A DNA stretch of 64,000 bases from Rariglobus sp. (GTDB lineage: Bacteria; Verrucomicrobiota; Verrucomicrobiia; Opitutales; Opitutaceae), in NCBI GenBank assembly GCA_035459785.1, contig DATHXF010000083.1:1-64000 (forward strand), written 5' to 3'. The notes beneath the pieces were generated by a model. It ran no database searches, was not told where the DNA came from, and worked only from the letters and a program-made list of their open reading frames with translations. Of the stretch, positions 28,401-36,186 are shown one piece after another. A program made the position numbers and the translations under genes. The first letter of the stretch is position 1, and every line of letters starts with the position of its first letter.

Positions 28401-28984
28401 TCACGGAAGTCCGCACCCGCGGCCCCTTCCTCTCCCTCGCGGATTTCATCAACCGCCGGTTGATCGGCGATGACACCGGTCTCAAGGGGCCCTTGCAGGC
28501 GGCGATCGATGCCACCACCGCCATCAATGGAGCCGCGCCCTTCATCGACAGCGACACACGCATGACCGTTTACCCGCCGAGCATCACCACCGATAACGAA
28601 CAAAAATCCATCTACAAAGGCGCCGCCACTACTTCGCTTCCCTCCACTGCGGCCTCGGCGTCGCGCGCCATCTTCGCTCCTGGTTACCTCACCCAAGCCG
28701 ATCTCCTCAACGCGCTCGGACCGTCGCTGACCGCCCGCTCCGATACATTCCGCATCCGTGCCTACGGCGATGTGGTCAACCCGGCCACCGGTTCCACGAC
28801 GCCCGATTCCCGCGCTTGGTGCGAAGCCATTGTCCAGCGCCTCCCCGACTACGTGGACACCTCCCTTCCCCCTGAAACCGATTTGGCCGCCGTCCCGGCC
28901 TCGGCCGCAAAAACCACCAACCAGGCCTTCGGACGCCGCTTCAAAATCGTCTCCTTCCGCTGGCTCTCTTCCCATGATATTTAA
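25460..28984 (+). CDS. Giant (1175 aa) protein with GspK/PilX-like minor-pseudopilin N-terminus; Verru_Chthon cassette protein A-like family, copy 1
   Basis: ORF 25421..28984 trimmed to ATG 25460. N-terminus MPLPRPPTQDRRSGFALLITITLLAFLVLLLVSLAALTRVETQVASNNQQLAQARQNALMGLNIALGRLQ (basic stretch, hydrophobic helix without Glu+5, then Q/A/N-rich helix as in GspK). Conserved GNFAYWVGDEGVKAKVNL block and conserved C-terminus ...SRAWCEAIVQRLPDYVD...FGRRFKIVSFRWLSSHDI shared with copies at 49355..53218 and 63311..64000. Confidence 0.7.
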   Translation: MPLPRPPTQDRRSGFALLITITLLAFLVLLLVSLAALTRVETQVASNNQQLAQARQNALMGLNIALGRLQSLAGPDRRITATADLIAGVHDTKRRWTGVWNTTAATPVPEWLVSTAVPASAQGSASVATTIPSTGTVGLVGSNSVDTSVPGNAVTVETQPITSAAVPGISGTQTVGNFAYWVGDEGVKAKVNLTDPGTAPTATVAEKIYRFVNAHRFGIEGVDSGAAGTPLSTGYPANAADLPKVLDLKQLSLLGTGGQAALTTAAKNRFHDLTAASFSVLADVAKGGLKKDLTAWIADPAAPSNPVSSNASDDYITPGDPADTGKYGLPKWALIRSYATTYNTGSALAPRPQTATQQGVSPVITYARMGYNLTRPNAASGYYRINIMPVVALWNPYNVPLQKSTGDADTYEFCVKYKPTVFVRPGGIVTTDGVRLRVVFTSTVTPQNDPDSFHLGTVQLQSGAAGPLGPAGTFASYAAGNTAQISTSATATPVFWRFKLKLSKDLAPGESRLFTISDASDESQYVAGQSELSDAVLGSNNGVYLPSNTPLNASQMAESPPASAARIFWNTEPNIGGSDFSIYPDAAMMDFRLTKPVPAGETNLAAIDAFLVNPDNTYQAILGNAFIWRADTNPQMGLSEMFPPQNNGRLLTYQRIELLMSSNYDRFVSGSGSPGTPRWLAQLNPQAAVTLRKSSAPTSVNTPADEAKITPSYENQFYIKREAASPADYPYILIPDANGTNVSAGTQVATPGTPQNAVLREFQPDAITLLSLGQLQHANASLININPAHPIGNSLANLHVPRTATQSGLLSQDAYNTYHPNNTYPGFPGSSQFQHIYDLSYLLNKALWDGYFFSTVPPTLAAADILAPGYRLPNARHQFHWNSGSANAAELAELKATATAAAHLVVNGGFNVNSTSEQAWRALLYSHNGVTTPADTSKNPYSRFTAAADSTQTWLAAPNDTWLGYRVLSNPQLDALAKAIVTEVRTRGPFLSLADFINRRLIGDDTGLKGPLQAAIDATTAINGAAPFIDSDTRMTVYPPSITTDNEQKSIYKGAATTSLPSTAASASRAIFAPGYLTQADLLNALGPSLTARSDTFRIRAYGDVVNPATGSTTPDSRAWCEAIVQRLPDYVDTSLPPETDLAAVPASAAKTTNQAFGRRFKIVSFRWLSSHDI

Positions 28985-29759
28985 TCGCATCCCCTCGTGG
29001 CCGGTCATCGCCTTTGGCCTGCTCGCCTGCGCGCTTCCCGCGCACGCCGTCCAATTCCGTCTGCTCGGCTGGGCCGCGCAGGATCTCAACCTTCAGTTCG
29101 ACGCCAACCGCAAGGCCAACGAGACCTACATCTCCACCGACACCTTTTCACCCGTCTACGAGTTCAAAGGCGAAGGCCCGATCATCTTCTACAAACGCGT
29201 CGAGCACGAGGGAGTGGTCCGGAAACAGATCGCCTGCACCGTCGTCATCCCTCCCGGCATGGAGCAGGGCCTTTTGCTGCTCATCCCCGGCGACGACTCC
29301 CTTGCCGTGGATCGCAAGGTGCTGCCCGACAGCCAGGGATTCGTCTCCGAAACCGCGCCGTTGATTTACGACTACGTCTGGTTCGACGACTCCCTGGCCG
29401 CGCGTCCCGCCGGCACGATCGAGTTTCGCAACCTGTCCCGCGTGCCCATCGCATTTCAGATCGAGCAGCACCAACTCGTGCTCGCTCCGCAGGGCAAAAC
29501 CCAGGTCCCGCTCACCCCCGGCGCGAAACGCATGGCTTTCCGCGCCGCCGCCCAGATCGACGGAAAATGGAAAGTCTTCACGAGCAATCCGCTCCCGACG
29601 CGCGGCCCCGAACGCATGATCGTCCTCCTGCGCGACACCGTCGCCGCCGGAAACGGCACCTCCTCCGGCCATGCCCCCGGCATCACGATGATCCCGCTCT
29701 ACGACTGGCCCGCGCCGCCCAAGTCGGCCGCCGCCGACTTGGTATCCGCCAACCCATGA
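28974..29759 (+). CDS. Secreted ~260-aa partner protein of giant copy 1 (start overlaps the giant gene stop by 11 nt)
   Basis: ATG at 28974 inside ...tcccATGATATTTAAtcgc... where TAA (28982-84) ends the giant gene; product MIFNRIPSWPVIAFGLLACALPAHA signal peptide. Similar size and position to 48630..49379. Confidence 0.55.
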   Translation: MIFNRIPSWPVIAFGLLACALPAHAVQFRLLGWAAQDLNLQFDANRKANETYISTDTFSPVYEFKGEGPIIFYKRVEHEGVVRKQIACTVVIPPGMEQGLLLLIPGDDSLAVDRKVLPDSQGFVSETAPLIYDYVWFDDSLAARPAGTIEFRNLSRVPIAFQIEQHQLVLAPQGKTQVPLTPGAKRMAFRAAAQIDGKWKVFTSNPLPTRGPERMIVLLRDTVAAGNGTSSGHAPGITMIPLYDWPAPPKSAAADLVSANP

Positions 29760-29793
29760 CGAGCCCGACTTTCTTGTTCCTCAATCTCCGTTG

Positions 29794-31257
29794 ATGAGCC
29801 TGTCCTCCGCCCCGGCCCCCACCGCCGCACCGTCCGATCCCGCAGACTCGATTCGCTATAAAGTCGGCACGCTCGCCTACACCAAGGCTGGCCTGATCAC
29901 AGTCTTCCTGTTCCTGCTGTGGGGCGACTTTTGCTTCACGCTCATGGAGATCGTGGTGCCCAGCATCCTGCCGCTTAAGTTCAACGCCATCGGCGCACCC
30001 AACTGGGCTCTCGGTTTGGTCATGGCGACGATCCCCAACATCATGACGGCGCTGATCAATCCGGTGATCAGCGTGCGCAGCGACCGCTTCCGCAGCAAAT
30101 GGGGACGTCGCATCCCTTTTCTCGCCGGCGCGACTCCGTTCCTCGTCTTCTTCCTCATTCTCCTCGGCTACTCCACGCCGATCGGCCGCTGGGTTCAGAC
30201 CGCGCTGCTGGGAGGCCGGTTCTCGGAGATGACCGTCATGCTCGTCGTCATCGGCGTCTTCATGATCTGCTTCCAGTTTTTCAATCTCTTCATCACCTCC
30301 GTCTATTACTACCTCTTCAACGACGTGGTGCCCGCCGTCTTCCTCGCGCGTTTCATGGCTTTGTTCAGGGTGGTCGGCGGCTGTGCCGGCGCCGGCTACA
30401 ATTTCTTCGTCTTGAAGTATGCGAAGACCCACATGCAGGAAATCTTCCTCGTCGCGGGGCTGCTCTACCTCGTCGCCTTTGTCATGATGTGCTGGAAAGT
30501 CAGGGAGGGCGACTACCCGCCGCCACCGCCCTACACCGGAGCCAAAACCGGATTCCGTGCGGCGCTGCAGACCTACGCCACCGAGTGCTTCAGCCATCGT
30601 TTCTACTGGTTCTTTTTTTTGGCCAACTCCTGCGTCGCCATGACCTGGGCCTCCGCCTCCTACCAGTTGATCTACCAAACCCAATACCTGGGACTGGATC
30701 TGTCCTTCATCGGCCAAGTCGCCGGCACGTGCGGCGTGGTCGGCATTCTTTTGCTCTACCCCGCCGGCATCCTTGCCGATCGCACGCACCCGCTCCGGAC
30801 GCTGCTGCTCGCCACCGGTCTCCAAGTCGTTTTGGGCCCGCTGCAGATCGCGTTCGCTATGACGAAACCGCTGCTCTCGACCCAGTGGGTCAGCTGGGCG
30901 TTTCTTGGGTTAAGCATCATCACCCTGCCCGTCGCCACGCTGTATTCGGCGGCCGAGTTTCCTACCATGATGAAGCTCTTTCCCAATAGCCGTTACGGAC
31001 AGTTTTGCTCGGCCAACGCACTCGTGAGATCGCTCGCGCTGATCGTCGGCGGAGTCGCCTGCGGACTGTTTCTCGACTTGGTGAAAAGACTGAATCCGGC
31101 CCCCGAATATTGCTACCGATTCCTGCCCGTCTGGAATCTGACGTTTCAAGCCGCCGCCTTCTGCTTTCTCCTTTTGCTCTACCGCGAGTGGAAAAAATTG
31201 GGCGGGAAACACCACTTCTCTCCACCCTTGGCGGCGCCTGAAACGAAAACTGTTTGA
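29794..31257 (+). CDS. MFS transporter, glycoside-pentoside-hexuronide (GPH) cation symporter family
   Basis: 487 aa; 12 predicted TM helices; loop motif ISVRSDRFRSKWGRRIPF (GPH/MelB signature D-R-x-G-R-R-x-P). Paralog of 38381..39799. Confidence 0.75.
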   Translation: MSLSSAPAPTAAPSDPADSIRYKVGTLAYTKAGLITVFLFLLWGDFCFTLMEIVVPSILPLKFNAIGAPNWALGLVMATIPNIMTALINPVISVRSDRFRSKWGRRIPFLAGATPFLVFFLILLGYSTPIGRWVQTALLGGRFSEMTVMLVVIGVFMICFQFFNLFITSVYYYLFNDVVPAVFLARFMALFRVVGGCAGAGYNFFVLKYAKTHMQEIFLVAGLLYLVAFVMMCWKVREGDYPPPPPYTGAKTGFRAALQTYATECFSHRFYWFFFLANSCVAMTWASASYQLIYQTQYLGLDLSFIGQVAGTCGVVGILLLYPAGILADRTHPLRTLLLATGLQVVLGPLQIAFAMTKPLLSTQWVSWAFLGLSIITLPVATLYSAAEFPTMMKLFPNSRYGQFCSANALVRSLALIVGGVACGLFLDLVKRLNPAPEYCYRFLPVWNLTFQAAAFCFLLLLYREWKKLGGKHHFSPPLAAPETKTV

Positions 31258-31566
31258 GCAATGGTGCGTGACAGATAGTTTTTCGACTAATTGACGCTAA
31301 GATTGGCCAACGCGCAGTCCTACACGTCTTCCTTTATGCCCAAAATCCGGTGTTTTTGGAACCCTCTGACAAAAAGAACGGCCAAGTTTTTTCACTGACG
31401 AAAAGAACGGCCAATCCCAAACGAGAGTATATCTACTTCAAAATGATCATGAAGCCAGAGACCAGAATTCCGTTCGTCAGCAACCAAGATCTTGTCCTCA
31501 TTTCCGAGATTCCGTCCCGTCTCGAATCGAACAAGGGGTGAAGCTTGGTTGAAACTTAGTTTGGCA

Positions 31567-32832
31567 CTATGCCGATTGCGGTTGTTCGCACCCAAAAGTG
31601 CTCAGATCGAGGCTTCTTACGGATGCTGTCTCGATGCGATTACCCGGGCGGGTCCATTTTATGCCACAAGCACCCAAGGGGCATGCGTTGGCGAGCACCT
31701 GTTGCACGGCGAAGGGCAAGTTGGGAACTACCGCAACGTAGTCATGCTCCTCACCGCATCTCTCGACGGCATCAGCAGGAACCGGATGAATGCCTCCGGA
31801 CGACACCATCGCCGTATTGACCGTCCTAATATAGCCCTCGGTATCACGCAGTGAACAAACAGGGTGCTCACGCAAGCCGGACGCCCACAAGCAGGTCTCA
31901 TCATAGTGATCGGACGCCGCACGGTCCCTAACCAAAGGGTCGTAGCCTGCCGGCAGATCAAGATCCGACTCGAGTCTCACACCGTCCTCGTCCAGCCATG
32001 CATTCCCAATTTCGCCATGCACGCGAATTTCGTAGGGAAACTTCTCGACCGCGCAATGGCCGAGGACTCCTGCGAAAACAAGACCGCTGGCAAATTCACC
32101 GTGCAAGCAGGCGAGGTCGTAACTCTCTATATCTTCACGCGCGCGGTAAAACTCGCCGCCCACCTTGACGGGCGTGGCACAGTTTTCCCCCGTCTCAGCC
32201 CCGGCGAGAAACATGACGTTGTTAATGATATGAGACAGGGCGTTCGTGGCCGGACCGTCGAACACCGGCTCGCCATTGAGCTGGAGCTTGCCAGCCCACT
32301 CCGACCTTTGGAAATAGGTGGAACTGCGAGGCCATAGTCCGCCGAAAGAGATGGCCCGTATCCGTCCAAGATGCCCGGCTTTCATCCACCCGCGCAGAGT
32401 GCGCAGATGCTGCATGGCCAACATTTGGAAGCCAACGGCTATGCGCCCGTCACGGTCGAGTTCCACAAGGCGCGTCCATTGCTGTATGGTGGGGACGGGA
32501 GGCTTTTCGAGATAGATGCGCGCACCGCTTTTCAACGCAGCCACCACCATTTCTTCATGCGCCGGAATGGGAGCCACGATAACGACGAGATCCAACGCGG
32601 GATGATTCGAAAATAACGCGCGATAATCCGGATAGCAGGTCACCCCGGCAGCCACGAGCTCAGCGCGAACGGCGGCGAGTCCGGGCTTATCGAGAAACGG
32701 ATCGGCCACGGCCACGAGGCGCAGGCATCCATCGGCTTCCAGCCGACGCAGATCACGCAGATGAACACTGCCGTAACCTCCTACGCCGATCAACGCAGTG
32801 GCTAGAGGTTTTATGGATGACTGAGGACGCAT
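31567..32832 (-). CDS. Gfo/Idh/MocA-family NAD(P)-dependent oxidoreductase
   Basis: 421 aa; N-terminal Rossmann LIGVGGYGSVHL, EKP motif (IYLEKPPV), C-terminal alpha/beta GFO domain. Confidence 0.75.
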   Translation of the reverse strand: MRPQSSIKPLATALIGVGGYGSVHLRDLRRLEADGCLRLVAVADPFLDKPGLAAVRAELVAAGVTCYPDYRALFSNHPALDLVVIVAPIPAHEEMVVAALKSGARIYLEKPPVPTIQQWTRLVELDRDGRIAVGFQMLAMQHLRTLRGWMKAGHLGRIRAISFGGLWPRSSTYFQRSEWAGKLQLNGEPVFDGPATNALSHIINNVMFLAGAETGENCATPVKVGGEFYRAREDIESYDLACLHGEFASGLVFAGVLGHCAVEKFPYEIRVHGEIGNAWLDEDGVRLESDLDLPAGYDPLVRDRAASDHYDETCLWASGLREHPVCSLRDTEGYIRTVNTAMVSSGGIHPVPADAVERCGEEHDYVAVVPNLPFAVQQVLANACPLGACGIKWTRPGNRIETASVRSLDLSTFGCEQPQSA

Positions 32833-32955
32833 GAGAATTTGGCCGATGAAAAGGATGTCGCCGGACGGGCGAAACTACTTCCGATAAAAAGCCCCCCGAT
32901 CTTTGAATGCGATGCAGAACCTTGCTTCACGTCGCAGCCCGCACGGCGCCGATTT

Positions 32956-33993
32956 TCATCTCGGGGTGCCCGACTTCGCAGACGGAGCCTTCAGCACATC
33001 GATCACATATTTATCCAGCCGTGGATGCTGCACGTCCGGCGCACCCGGATAAACGAGTTCGCAGGCGACCCCCAGTTCCTTGCAGTGCTCCTGTAGCTTC
33101 ACTCCGAAGTTGGAAGTGTGCGTGGGGTCCGGCTGATTCTCACCCAATCCTGGTGGACGGCTGTAGAAGAGATACACCGGCGGATCGTCGGCAGTGACGA
33201 GCACATACGGCGAATACTCGGCGATCCATGGCAGGACCTTGTCGCGGTTCGAAAGAAACTCGGCGAACGCCGTGGTCTTTCGCGCGCCGCTTGCCTTGAA
33301 GCCAAAGGCATGGCCGCCGTAGCCGCTGTTCGGGGTCCATTCTTTCATCTGTTTTGGATCGAGACTGGTCTGTGCATTCAGGACCGCCACACACCAGAGA
33401 CGCGTGGACTCGCGCGCGATCAGGTCTGTGCTTTTTGGATCCGCAAGGTCGTCGTGAAAAGCGAGCCAGAGCGCGGTGCACGCGCCGGCGGAACTGCCGC
33501 TCGCACAGATGCGCTGTTTATCGAGGTTCCATTCCTTCGCCTTGCTACGGACGAACTGCAATGCGCGGGCCGCATCGTAAAGCGGTGCCTTTACCGGCGG
33601 AGTCACATCGCCAGCCTGGGCAATATAGCGATAGTTGATCGAGACAACCGAGATGCCGGCGGCGAGATAACTCTTCAGCATGGGAAGTGTGTGCTTGTCG
33701 CCCATGGTCCAACCACCGCCGTGCATGTAGAGCACCAGCGGCGTCGGCCGGTCCGACTTCGCCTGATAGAAATCGAGAACATTGCGCTCGTGCGGACCGT
33801 AGCGAACATCGGCCTCCGTGGGTGGCATCGGTGCAGCTTTGGGCTTTGCCTCTGCCGGCGTTTCGAGGGTGGCGGGCGACGTGTCGGCGGGAGGTTGCGT
33901 GTCAGTGGCGAACGCAGGCGTCGCCACCAGAGCGGACAGCACGAGCGCATGCAAAGTGGCCTTGAGGCGCAACGACTGGGGTATTGTGTTCAT
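32956..33993 (-). CDS. Secreted alpha/beta-hydrolase esterase (carbohydrate esterase-like)
   Basis: 345 aa; signal peptide; HGGGW oxyanion motif and GSSAG nucleophile elbow. Confidence 0.7.
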   Translation of the reverse strand: MNTIPQSLRLKATLHALVLSALVATPAFATDTQPPADTSPATLETPAEAKPKAAPMPPTEADVRYGPHERNVLDFYQAKSDRPTPLVLYMHGGGWTMGDKHTLPMLKSYLAAGISVVSINYRYIAQAGDVTPPVKAPLYDAARALQFVRSKAKEWNLDKQRICASGSSAGACTALWLAFHDDLADPKSTDLIARESTRLWCVAVLNAQTSLDPKQMKEWTPNSGYGGHAFGFKASGARKTTAFAEFLSNRDKVLPWIAEYSPYVLVTADDPPVYLFYSRPPGLGENQPDPTHTSNFGVKLQEHCKELGVACELVYPGAPDVQHPRLDKYVIDVLKAPSAKSGTPR

Positions 33994-34014
33994 GAGAATA
34001 GAAAATTTTGAGTC

Positions 34015-36162
34015 CTAGTTGAGTCGGTGCAGAAACAACGCGTAACCCCTGAAGACATTGCCCCGCGGCAAGTGTATCGTGCCTTCGCTTAAGAAGGGAG
34101 CCGCAGTCGTCTCATCGGTCAAAACGGATGCGATGCGCCATGAATGCGCTCCGAGGATCTTGATCTCCAAAGGCGCCCGCGTCGGTTCTTCGAACAAGTG
34201 AACGACAAGCAGGGCTTGGTCGCCCGCGAAGTTTTCCCGCCAGATTCCCTGCCAGCCGGTGGGATTATTCCAGTTGAAGGGAGTCTCGCCTAGGAACGTG
34301 GTGCGACCCTCGCGGATGATCGGTGCAACTTTCGCATAGAGGTCGGTTGCCCGGCGAACGACGACCATCTGCGCATCGTTTAAGTCGTGCACCGGACCGG
34401 AGAGACACATGCGCCCATAGAAGGTGGCGGTGAGAGAAAAGACAAAACGCTCCGGTGTATCGTCCGAATAAAGCACCGCCCAAATCTGGGACTGACGCGG
34501 CGGCACCAAGTGGTGCAATTGGCGGGCGATGATTGGCAAGTTCAACGACTCGTGCGCATCGGAGAACGAGCTCATGGACGTAAGCGCCATCATGGCAGGT
34601 TCCAGCCGGTGTCCGCCGGAAGAACAGTTCTCGATCACCAAGTCGGGGATCTGCTCCCGCAGTCGCTTGAAGGAACCGTGGATTCCCGTCACCTGCCGGC
34701 GAAGACCTTCACCGACGGATTCCGTATGGTCGCAACCAAGACCGATTGTGTCGTTGTAATCGACCTTGAGATAGCCGAAGCCGTTTTCCTTAAGAAAGCC
34801 GATCAGCTTTTGATCGAGGTAGGCGATCACCCACGGGTCGTTGAGATTCCAGAAACGTCGCGAACCGATGCGCAGCGGACGACCGTCGCGCTGAAGGTGA
34901 TGCGTGTCCTCGCTCCAGGCTTTTGAACCGGGGTTGCACACTTCGAATTCAAACCAGATGCCCGGGATAAATCCCATGCGCCGGAGTTCGTCGCAGAGAG
35001 GTTTCATGCCATGCGGAAACTTATCGCGGTCCACGATCCAGTCGCCGTTGGACTGCATGGTCGCGGCCGCCGGGCGCACCGCCCAGCCGTCGTCAATCAC
35101 CAGGTATTTGACTCCACAGCCCTGGAGACGTCGGGCCAACGCGAGGGTCTTGTCGTGACTGGGCGAACCCCAGTTCGTGCACCATTCGTTGAAAATGATC
35201 GGGAGGTCTTTTTCCGCTTCCGGCAGGCTGGCGAGGAGCGACTCCTGGAGTTGGACGAACTTATGGGTGAGGTCCGCCAAAGAGCCGGCGACACAGGCGA
35301 GGTGCGCGGTGGGTGTCGTGAAGGTTTCCCTGGGTTGAAGCGTTTTTCGCCAGTGCCCAAATTCGAAATCGGCGAGACCTCCGGAGATCGAAACGCAGTC
35401 GCCGCGGCGAGTGATTTCCATCTGCCAGGAGCCGGACCAAGCAAGTTGCGCGCCCCAGAAGACGCCCGCCTCGACGTCCTCAATCGCGACGAACGGGAAG
35501 AACTTGCGCACAGGCATGGTGCCGACTTGCCCGAAACGCTCGGTGGCGGTTTTGCATCCTTCCCAGTCGCGCTCCAGATTTAGCTCTTCGAGGAACTGAC
35601 ACTGATGACGACCTTCATTGCTCCACCAAGAGCGGAAACGATGCACGCGCAGCCGGCGCGGAGCGTCGTCGGCGGCGAAGGCCGTCATGCCTGCCAACAC
35701 AAAGCTGCTAAAATTCTCCAAGGTGACGGGATGTGTGCCGGTGTTGGTGATTTCCGTCCGGGAGAGCAACGTGCCGTCGACCGTGGTAGACTCTAGTTGA
35801 TGTTTTAATCGCAGGCTGCCGGAAGCGTTTTCAAGAACAGTGACAATACAGCCCTCCGTGCCTGCTGCTTTGTCAGCAGACTTTCGAAGGCCTTGAACGG
35901 TGCCACCGTCGCGCATCGTCGTGCCGGCGACAAAACCGCCGGAGCCGTCGTCCTCAGCCAGCTTGACCTGCACGATGCTGTCAAAGGTGACCGCGTTGCG
36001 GTTGCCATGCCGGCACTCCGGTCGGCCGCCAACATGCGGACGATGAGGAACACGCTTGGACTCCAGCGCCACCGGGCAGAGACGGAGTTCGGTAATGCCG
36101 TTGGGATCGGTGACGCGGTCAACTATCAGACCGTTGAGCCGGGCGGTATCCAAGCTGTTCAT
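34015..36162 (-). CDS. Glycoside hydrolase family 36 alpha-galactosidase
   Basis: 715 aa; KYLVIDDGW, GYLKVDYN, ENCSSGG motifs of GH36. Confidence 0.8.
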   Translation of the reverse strand: MNSLDTARLNGLIVDRVTDPNGITELRLCPVALESKRVPHRPHVGGRPECRHGNRNAVTFDSIVQVKLAEDDGSGGFVAGTTMRDGGTVQGLRKSADKAAGTEGCIVTVLENASGSLRLKHQLESTTVDGTLLSRTEITNTGTHPVTLENFSSFVLAGMTAFAADDAPRRLRVHRFRSWWSNEGRHQCQFLEELNLERDWEGCKTATERFGQVGTMPVRKFFPFVAIEDVEAGVFWGAQLAWSGSWQMEITRRGDCVSISGGLADFEFGHWRKTLQPRETFTTPTAHLACVAGSLADLTHKFVQLQESLLASLPEAEKDLPIIFNEWCTNWGSPSHDKTLALARRLQGCGVKYLVIDDGWAVRPAAATMQSNGDWIVDRDKFPHGMKPLCDELRRMGFIPGIWFEFEVCNPGSKAWSEDTHHLQRDGRPLRIGSRRFWNLNDPWVIAYLDQKLIGFLKENGFGYLKVDYNDTIGLGCDHTESVGEGLRRQVTGIHGSFKRLREQIPDLVIENCSSGGHRLEPAMMALTSMSSFSDAHESLNLPIIARQLHHLVPPRQSQIWAVLYSDDTPERFVFSLTATFYGRMCLSGPVHDLNDAQMVVVRRATDLYAKVAPIIREGRTTFLGETPFNWNNPTGWQGIWRENFAGDQALLVVHLFEEPTRAPLEIKILGAHSWRIASVLTDETTAAPFLSEGTIHLPRGNVFRGYALFLHRLN

Positions 36163-36186
36163 GGGGCGACGGAGCGGAGGACGGTT

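Noticed and set aside
31350-31541. 63-aa ORF inside the low-GC island
   Set aside because: GTG start, no RBS, no recognisable fold; kept only as a possibility in the island finding.
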